From: Promethearchaeia archaeon
Lineage (GTDB): Archaea > Asgardarchaeota > Lokiarchaeia > Sigyniarchaeales > SOKP01
DNA: 32,000 bases
Assembly: GCA_046497275.1 (NCBI GenBank)
Contig: JAWOFX010000142.1
Location: 4,409-36,408, forward strand
Direction of reading: 5' to 3'
Shown here: piece after piece, positions 25,866-32,000 of the stretch
Position numbering within the stretch: position 1 is the first letter of the stretch
Layout: each line of letters begins with the position of its first letter
Notes under the pieces: model-generated
What the model saw: only the letters and a program-made list of their open reading frames with translations
The model's database searches: none
What the model was told of the DNA's origin: nothing
Translations under genes and position numbers: made by a program

Positions 25866-28022
25866 ATGAGTCATTCCCAAGAAAATATGTTGCCATTGCA
25901 AATAAAAAGTACTTATCTTCACGAGGATAAGATAGAACCTCGGAAGTATCAAGTCGATATTGCCTTACAATGCATAGCAAAAAACTCGCTGGTGGTCATT
26001 CCTACAGGGCTTGGAAAAACAATCATCGCCATCTTAGTTGCTGCTAAAACTTTAGAGATATCTCCACCAAGTAGTAAAGTAATTATAATGGCTCCCACTC
26101 GACCATTAATTAACCAACATTACGAAACATTCCTTCAATTTTTTACAATACCAGAAGATCAATATGCTATTTTGACGGGAAAAATTTCTCCTGACGATCG
26201 TCCTAAAGAGTTTCGATCCCATAAAATGCTATTTTTTACTCCGCAAACGTTACGGAATGATTTAGTGTCTGGCAATTATTTGTTAGATAATACAAGTTTA
26301 CTAATCTTTGATGAGGCACATCACGCTTCTGGGGATTATCCCTATACGATGATTGCAGATCTGTATGAAACGCAAAACCCAGATGGGACCATCTTAGGAT
26401 TAACTGCCTCTCCGGGATCTTCTCAACAAGCGATAAATGATCTCTGTCTAAATCTCCATATTCCTTCCAACAATATCCATATTCGTAAACGCAAAGATGT
26501 CGATGTCAAAGGATACATAAAACCGATGGATATTTATAAGATCGGAGTAAATTTGACCTCACTTATGGAAGATGTAAGAAAAGTATTATATATGATCTTA
26601 GAAGAGCGACTTCGGTATCTTTCCCAATTAGGATTTTTAAAGGTCCACACAGACAAATTATATGAAAAAATCATTCGAAAAGATCTTCTAGAATTGAATC
26701 GAAAGTTACTGGCAATCATTCAAGGGGATGGAGAAAAGACGGGAGCCTATAAATCCTTATCTATCAACGCTCAAGGACTCATTTTGTATCATATGTTGGA
26801 ATTAGTGGAACAGCAAGGCTTAGATGTATTGCTCAAGTATTTGGAAAAACTCCAGAAAGATGCTCATAAGAAAAATAGTTCTAAAGCAAATCGAATTTTA
26901 GCAACAGATCCCCGAATTCGAAGAATTGATTTAGAACTGCGAAAACACTATGAATTTGAGCCTAACAGCTTATTGCATCCGAAACTGAAAGTATTGAAAA
27001 GTGTGCTTTCTGATGAATTTAGTAAAAACCCAGAATCAAAAATATTAGTATTTGTAAAGCTTCGAGCTTCCGTAAAAAATATCGTAAAAAAATTAGAATC
27101 TTCTCAAACTATACGACCTGTACGATTTGTAGGACAAGCAACAAAATCTGACGATGATAAGGGACTTTCCCAAAAAAAGCAAATCGAGATTTTGGATAAA
27201 TTCAAGCAAGGAATCTTTAATGTATTAGTGAGTACCAATGTGGGAGAGGAAGGCTTGGATATTGCCGAATGCGATTTAGTGATCTTTTATGATGTGGTCG
27301 CCTCTGAAATTCGTCTTATTCAAAGAAAGGGACGAACAGCGCGTCATCGTGAAGGAAGAGTGATCATTCTCTACTGTCGCAATACGAATGATGAAGTCTA
27401 TTTACAGATTGCGATGAATAAGTTAAAACGTATGCAGAGAAATCTGCAAAATCCGCAAACGAAGAAAAAGAGTGAATTTTCTCGTTTTACCGTTAAAAAA
27501 GGATCTGAATTAGAAAAGGAAGTGAAAGGAAGAACCCAAAAGAAGCAATTTAATTTGGTTGATTTTGTCAATACACAAGAACAAGAAAATCATACAAAGG
27601 TATTGGAACAGGAAAAAGAGGGAGATATCATTTTAAATTCTAATTTGGATATGAAATATGGGTTGCGAAAAAATCTTAACGCGGCAAGTATCGAATTTTT
27701 AGTAAAACAGTCTGAATATTCCCTCGTGGTATTTGAGAAGATTCTCATCCAGATTATAGATCCTCGTGAGAGCAATAAATCTGAACTTTTAAAGTTCTAT
27801 GAAGAATGGAAAACAAAATTTGAGTTAGTGGTTCTGGTGATTGATTTTATAGAGTTTAAAGAAACATTCCTTGATGAAAATCGACTTTTAAAGCAAAAAT
27901 TTGTAGATTTTGGAAAGAACAAAAACATCCAAATAGTTACCATTGATACACTTGAGGAATTATTTTTCCTTGTAAAAAATGTCTTCGACTATAATACTCA
28001 AAGATCAGAGAGGGAGATGTGA
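25866..28022 (+). CDS. hef: Hef/FANCM/Mph1-family SF2 helicase with degenerate ERCC4 nuclease-like C-terminal domain
   Basis: EPRKYQ, PTGLGKT, DEAHHA, TAS, STNVGEEGLDI, IQRKGRTAR; start ATG 25866 or TTG 25860. Confidence 0.9.
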   Translation: MSHSQENMLPLQIKSTYLHEDKIEPRKYQVDIALQCIAKNSLVVIPTGLGKTIIAILVAAKTLEISPPSSKVIIMAPTRPLINQHYETFLQFFTIPEDQYAILTGKISPDDRPKEFRSHKMLFFTPQTLRNDLVSGNYLLDNTSLLIFDEAHHASGDYPYTMIADLYETQNPDGTILGLTASPGSSQQAINDLCLNLHIPSNNIHIRKRKDVDVKGYIKPMDIYKIGVNLTSLMEDVRKVLYMILEERLRYLSQLGFLKVHTDKLYEKIIRKDLLELNRKLLAIIQGDGEKTGAYKSLSINAQGLILYHMLELVEQQGLDVLLKYLEKLQKDAHKKNSSKANRILATDPRIRRIDLELRKHYEFEPNSLLHPKLKVLKSVLSDEFSKNPESKILVFVKLRASVKNIVKKLESSQTIRPVRFVGQATKSDDDKGLSQKKQIEILDKFKQGIFNVLVSTNVGEEGLDIAECDLVIFYDVVASEIRLIQRKGRTARHREGRVIILYCRNTNDEVYLQIAMNKLKRMQRNLQNPQTKKKSEFSRFTVKKGSELEKEVKGRTQKKQFNLVDFVNTQEQENHTKVLEQEKEGDIILNSNLDMKYGLRKNLNAASIEFLVKQSEYSLVVFEKILIQIIDPRESNKSELLKFYEEWKTKFELVVLVIDFIEFKETFLDENRLLKQKFVDFGKNKNIQIVTIDTLEELFFLVKNVFDYNTQRSEREM

Positions 28023-28025
28023 AGA

Positions 28026-28529
28026 ATGGAAGATGATGAAACTGGGATTACAAAGGATGAAAAACCGTATTTAATTTTTCGTTGTAGCAAGTGTGAGCAG
28101 TATATGTATGTCAAACCCACTCAAAAACAGAAAAAATGTCTCAGGTGTGGTAGGACGCACACTGTTGCTAAATTAGATGTCGTAGATGAAGTAAAAGGGA
28201 TGACTACAGCGGTGAATCGAGTAAAAGAATTACAAAATACATTAGGGGGAGAGCCAAACCTAAGAGGATCAGGTGAATTCTCTGTTGCTTTGTCTAATGC
28301 TGGTGTAAACAAGATCAAAAATATTATGAATGAATCTGAACTAGAGATCCAATTCTATGATCTTTTACACAATTTAGCACAACAATATACAAAGTTTCCG
28401 TATTATATGATTGAATTAATGGCCCAAGAAAGTCAGTTTGACTTAAATGAAGTACAATTATTCTTAAGAAAATTCATAAAAGAAGGCGTTTTACGGCAAC
28501 TAGATCACAATTATTATACTCTGTTATAA
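28026..28529 (+). CDS. Zinc-ribbon (DUF1922-like) protein with probable C-terminal winged helix
   Basis: FRCSKCEQYMYV...KKCLRCG; C-terminal VQLFLRKFIKEGVLRQLDHNYY; GAGGGAG upstream; 3 nt after the hef stop. Confidence 0.7.
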   Translation: MEDDETGITKDEKPYLIFRCSKCEQYMYVKPTQKQKKCLRCGRTHTVAKLDVVDEVKGMTTAVNRVKELQNTLGGEPNLRGSGEFSVALSNAGVNKIKNIMNESELEIQFYDLLHNLAQQYTKFPYYMIELMAQESQFDLNEVQLFLRKFIKEGVLRQLDHNYYTLL

Positions 28530-28540
28530 ATTAATACCGA

Positions 28541-28555
28541 TTTTTTCTTTTTATA
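28541..28555 (+). promoter_or_regulatory. T-rich BRE/TATA motif variant
   Basis: TTTTTTCTTTTTATA upstream of the small ORF at 28603. Confidence 0.5.
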
Positions 28556-28602
28556 ATTCTTGAGTATTTTTCTATAAAATATCATAAAGAGGAACATACA
28601 TT

Positions 28603-28752
28603 ATGAATTCCCTACTCATTTCAGAAAAGGAGAAAACGAAGCATGAAAAAGATACATTAGAAGAGGTGTGCGAAGTTTTAGAAGCCGTAAAAACAATCGG
28701 GCGCATGCTCGTTGTATATTATACTAATGTAAAAAAAGAAAGAGATAATTAA
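28603..28752 (+). CDS. Small protein (49 aa), below the ORF-track size cutoff
   Basis: MNSLLISEKEKTKHEKDTLEEVCEVLEAVKTIGRMLVVYYTNVKKERDN; GAGGA 9 nt upstream; stop interlocks (TTAA) with the stop of the convergent gene. Confidence 0.55.
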   Translation: MNSLLISEKEKTKHEKDTLEEVCEVLEAVKTIGRMLVVYYTNVKKERDN

Positions 28753-28976
28753 GAAGAGAGCTCTTTTTTGAGAATCTCTTTTATTTCTTTTTTCGTGAGC
28801 TCCTTCTCGTTAGAATCATCTAAAAACTCTAGATCAGAGATATATTTCAATACATGAAAATTATCAAACCGAATAGCAATTCGTTTAATGAAGGATTGAA
28901 ACTCCAAATCCTCTTCTGTTTGAGTCTCTCTTTTTTTAATTTCTGTACTTCTATTCTTTTGTGATTCAGTACTCAT
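28749..28976 (-). CDS. Small hypothetical protein (75 aa)
   Basis: ORF with a motif copy 34 nt upstream. Confidence 0.65.
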   Translation of the reverse strand: MSTESQKNRSTEIKKRETQTEEDLEFQSFIKRIAIRFDNFHVLKYISDLEFLDDSNEKELTKKEIKEILKKELSS

Positions 28977-29000
28977 AATGAATAACTCAGGCGATGAATC

Positions 29001-29014
29001 TATTTAAAAGAAAA
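29001..29014 (-). promoter_or_regulatory. T-rich BRE/TATA motif variant
   Basis: TTTTCTTTTAAATA; C at 29010. Confidence 0.6.
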
Positions 29015-29043
29015 TTCTTCAAATCTTTGAAATTACATTTAAT

Positions 29044-29319
29044 TTACTCTTGAGTGATACTATCCAGATATAATTTCATGAAATACCGCTGGCTTTTACA
29101 ATAATCTCGCCGTTGTGCGTCTGTAATGGAATGAGAATTCAATAGTATATTCAATTTTTTGAGGATTTCTAGATATTCTTGGGTAGATTTCTGCGGTTCT
29201 CGTTTAATTTCAACTTTTAACTTTTGGTTCCTTGTATTCGGATTTTGGGGATGGATCTGAGGGATAATAAATGATAATTTCCTCTCTTTTTCTTTTTCAG
29301 AATCAGAATCTAATTCCAT
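29044..29319 (-). CDS. Small hypothetical protein (91 aa)
   Basis: ORF with a motif copy 39 nt upstream. Confidence 0.65.
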   Translation of the reverse strand: MELDSDSEKEKERKLSFIIPQIHPQNPNTRNQKLKVEIKREPQKSTQEYLEILKKLNILLNSHSITDAQRRDYCKSQRYFMKLYLDSITQE

Positions 29320-29349
29320 CGCAGATCTACAAAATAATAAGAGTGAGAA

Positions 29350-29364
29350 AATATAAAGAAAAAA
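29350..29364 (-). promoter_or_regulatory. T-rich BRE/TATA motif
   Basis: TTTTTTCTTTATATT; C at 29358. Confidence 0.65.
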
Positions 29365-29373
29365 TCACACAAC

Positions 29374-31929
29374 TTATGCCTTTTTCTTTAAAGCATATTT
29401 TTTGGCACTCTCTACAATAGTTTTACATAATTTCACGCCTAATCCTGTTTTCCTATTCAATCGGTAGGGCGACTCTTTCGCAACTTGAGAGGAAGTATGA
29501 TACCCCGCATCATAGAGAATCCGTGCCCTCACCCGTGCTACATTCTCTAATCTGACTACCAAGTCAAATAATTCTTCACGGATTCCGTAATGAATACGAA
29601 TACGCAAAGTTTCTGCCATCTCGGCAATTGTCACCATATCATTATGAATATCCTTTCCCGAGGAACTTAGATGAGTAGCAATAATCCCTACAAATGTGAT
29701 AATTCGTTCCAAATTCTCTTTGACAGACATTAGGTCTCCTGCCATAATATGATACCTTTCCAAAATATCGTTAATCGCCTCCTCATCTGCCCATTCGATT
29801 ATCGGATCTAAAAGTTTGTAATCCCTTACTCTCCCTTCTGAAATTAGAATATCATAAGACTCTCTCAATAAGTCTTGGTAGGATGAGATTTCACGATTTT
29901 CCAGTTTGCTTCTGATTAGTACACCTGAAACGGGATATAAATATAATCGAATAATTAATTTTCCAAATTGAGAACAAATGATTTTATTCTCCTCATCTTC
30001 TTTTAAGATTAACCCTTTTTCAAACAAATAATTGAGTATATACTGATTTTTAATGGATTTGGGAATAATATCCTTTACTGCTCTTTGAATATTTTTATCG
30101 GGAAATTGTATTAAGTAGACAAGAAAAGCGGTGATATGACCGCAGAATTCAAAGGCAAAAGTATTATTTACGAAATTATCGGAAATACCATTCTCAAACC
30201 CACACGAGCACCGAATACCGTTATCCAAATCAAACTCACAGAAAAACACTCCGTACGTAGTTTTAATATACCCAGAAATATTTGAGGAGGTAAGTTTCGA
30301 AATCTTTATTTGATAGTCACTTTCCTTGGCTTTTTTAACTTTTTTGGGATCTGCATGAAGTTTTAAAATGTTTAAGGGGGTGATCTCTTTAATCATCAAC
30401 AACTCTTCGATCGGAATAGGGGATTTCATTTTATGCGTAATGACATACCAGAAATAGGTCTTCTTAAAAAAACGTGTTAATTCCTCAAGCGTAATGGTCT
30501 TTTCTTCATAGACTCGTAATAAGACTTGTTCTTTAAGGGTATTGACGGTGTTAAGGCCAGAGTCTAAATCTTCATACTGAGGAATGAGTTTATCATTCAG
30601 AAAATCGATTGAGAAATAATGATCTTCTATCCATGCTTTTTCCTCTAAATTATTGACAAGTAAGACTCCATAGCCGACGGTATCTAACCCAGGGCGCCCA
30701 GCTCGTCCTAACATCTGGAAGGTTTCATTGGCAGAAAAGGGGAGGAAATATGAAAATCCATCCCCATTCTCAAAAAAACCCTTAAAATTCTTGATATTAT
30801 ACCCAGAGGTTACATAGCGCTTAAAATCTTTGAGGATGACTACTCGTGCAGGCATATTAATTCCCGCAGATAATGTAGTAGTACAGCAAATCACCTTAAT
30901 AATTCGCTTTCGATAATGCTCTTCTACTAATCTTCGTTCTTTGGGAAGCAAGCCTGCATGATGAAAGGCGATCCCATGCTTTATTACTTTTTGCAGATCA
31001 TTATGCCCTCCCCGGACTGATCGTAACTTTTTTTCGATGGATTTACATGTGTCTTTTTCCTTCTCGTCAAGAAACTTAGTAATGGTAGAATATAGACTAT
31101 TTGCCATCTTTTGCGTTGCTTTTCTGGTATTAAGAAAAATTAAAACTTGCCCATTTTTCTCCAAAATATTATTGAGAATTTTTTTAATGGTTGCATTTTT
31201 GTTTTGGGATACTTCAATCTTATAATGTAAGGGTACGGGACGAGAGTTTGATTTAATGAGAGTTGTATTATTGCCTAACTTATTAAGCCAAGAGTTAAAA
31301 AATTCGGGATTGCGAATCGTTGCAGAGAGTCCAATAATCTGGGGAGTGTGTAAAAATTCATTCATCCGTACGATTAATGATTCAAGACGTGGTCCTCTGG
31401 AACTTTCTCCAATGAAATGGATTTCATCAATAATCACGGTGGCAATCTCAAATATCCATTCTTTATCGTAGAAATTGCGAATAATAGAATCCATTTTCTC
31501 ATAGGTGGTAATGATAATATCTGCCGTGGCAAGTTTTTTATCATCCACATCGAAATCTCCGATAGAAAGCTCTACGTCTATGTGGAAACGAGTATAGGCC
31601 TTTTTAAAATGATAATATTTTTCAGTAGCAAGTGCTTTAAATGGGACTAAATAGATAGATTTCCCGTACTTCTGAAAAATATTATGGACGGCGCAAATCT
31701 CTCCTACCAAGGTTTTCCCACTACCTGAGGGAGCACAAATTAAAAATGATTTTCGGAAAAAAAGTCCTTTCTTGATTGCTAGTTTTTGGATCCCTCTCAG
31801 TTCGAAAATATTATGTTCAAACAGAACTCGCAAGATTCGTTTATCAGGTATTAATTTAAAGATTTCTTTATCACGATAGTCATCAAGATCATTCTGCTTA
31901 TTTTGGTCAGTATATTCATCAATTGTAAT
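29374..31929 (-). CDS. Hel308/Ski2-like SF2 helicase paralog with inserted SWIM zinc finger; probable ATT start at 31929 (851 aa; track TTG 31833)
   Basis: LRGIQ, APSGSGKT, DEIH, SAT, FHHAGL, QMLGRAGRPG, C-terminal RVRARILYDAGY; CSC...FCGHITA. The frame is open 32 codons upstream to ATT, 6 nt after AGGTGA. Confidence 0.88.
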   Translation of the reverse strand: MTIDEYTDQNKQNDLDDYRDKEIFKLIPDKRILRVLFEHNIFELRGIQKLAIKKGLFFRKSFLICAPSGSGKTLVGEICAVHNIFQKYGKSIYLVPFKALATEKYYHFKKAYTRFHIDVELSIGDFDVDDKKLATADIIITTYEKMDSIIRNFYDKEWIFEIATVIIDEIHFIGESSRGPRLESLIVRMNEFLHTPQIIGLSATIRNPEFFNSWLNKLGNNTTLIKSNSRPVPLHYKIEVSQNKNATIKKILNNILEKNGQVLIFLNTRKATQKMANSLYSTITKFLDEKEKDTCKSIEKKLRSVRGGHNDLQKVIKHGIAFHHAGLLPKERRLVEEHYRKRIIKVICCTTTLSAGINMPARVVILKDFKRYVTSGYNIKNFKGFFENGDGFSYFLPFSANETFQMLGRAGRPGLDTVGYGVLLVNNLEEKAWIEDHYFSIDFLNDKLIPQYEDLDSGLNTVNTLKEQVLLRVYEEKTITLEELTRFFKKTYFWYVITHKMKSPIPIEELLMIKEITPLNILKLHADPKKVKKAKESDYQIKISKLTSSNISGYIKTTYGVFFCEFDLDNGIRCSCGFENGISDNFVNNTFAFEFCGHITAFLVYLIQFPDKNIQRAVKDIIPKSIKNQYILNYLFEKGLILKEDEENKIICSQFGKLIIRLYLYPVSGVLIRSKLENREISSYQDLLRESYDILISEGRVRDYKLLDPIIEWADEEAINDILERYHIMAGDLMSVKENLERIITFVGIIATHLSSSGKDIHNDMVTIAEMAETLRIRIHYGIREELFDLVVRLENVARVRARILYDAGYHTSSQVAKESPYRLNRKTGLGVKLCKTIVESAKKYALKKKA

Positions 31930-31935
31930 GTTCTA

Positions 31936-32000
31936 TCACCTAAGTATAAAAAATTCCTTTAATATGGATTTGACCATTTTTTCAAAAGCTCTTGAAATGT
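31936..32000 (-). CDS. C-terminal end of an upstream gene (partial)
   Basis: ...ISRAFEKMVKSILKEFFILR-stop; the stop TGA lies inside the SD of the helicase gene. Confidence 0.55.
   Translation of the reverse strand, partial: ISRAFEKMVKSILKEFFILR

Noticed and set aside
8976-29364. The TTTTTTC motif as a terminator or CRISPR repeat
   Set aside because: Copies are dispersed, followed by a TATA box, oriented toward start codons and present in divergent regions; there is no regular repeat-spacer structure.
7951-31650. Shadow ORFs 7951-8148, 10254-10571, 13052-13237, 16345-16689, 17197-17451, 25218-25406, 26534-26719, 27590-27775, 28121-28318, 31037-31225, 31256-31471, 31417-31650
   Set aside because: Antisense or alternate-frame ORFs within recognised genes.
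7757-32000. Integrated mobile element or provirus
   Set aside because: No integrase, transposase, capsid, primase/polymerase, tRNA target or flanking direct repeats seen; the right boundary lies outside the window.

Overview
AT-rich archaeal DNA, most consistent with an Asgard (Lokiarchaeia/Promethearchaeota-like) genome: S30e, a roadblock + MglA-type GTPase pair, TFB paralogs and RadA/Hef/Hel308/FEN1 families. Bases 1-7750 hold ordinary genes (amino-acid oxidoreductase pair, AOR, cDPGS-like GTPase, rps30e, zinc-ribbon proteins). From about 7750 to 32000 lies a dense locus of divergent DNA recombination/repair paralogs: RPA-like, FEN1-like with altered active-site residues, RadA with an extra C-terminal HhH domain, a Rad51/RadB-type paralog, Hef with a degenerate nuclease domain, Hel308 with an inserted SWIM finger, and a stand-alone TopA Zn-ribbon. 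These are mixed with a GTPase switch, an M50B-like protease, pilin-like and surface proteins and a divergent TFB. Nearly every transcription unit in this locus is preceded by the same motif, TTTTT(T)C-TTTAWATA (18 copies, four with the C exactly 30 nt from the ATG). The motif is a TATA box with a T-rich element replacing the normal purine-rich BRE, and it is absent upstream of the housekeeping genes on the left. The best hypothesis is an alternative-TFB regulon for DNA exchange or recombination. The RadA and Hel308 paralogs appear to start at non-canonical ATA and ATT codons. No rRNA, tRNA, CRISPR array, integrase or transposase was seen. All family calls come from visual motif recognition; no searches were run.
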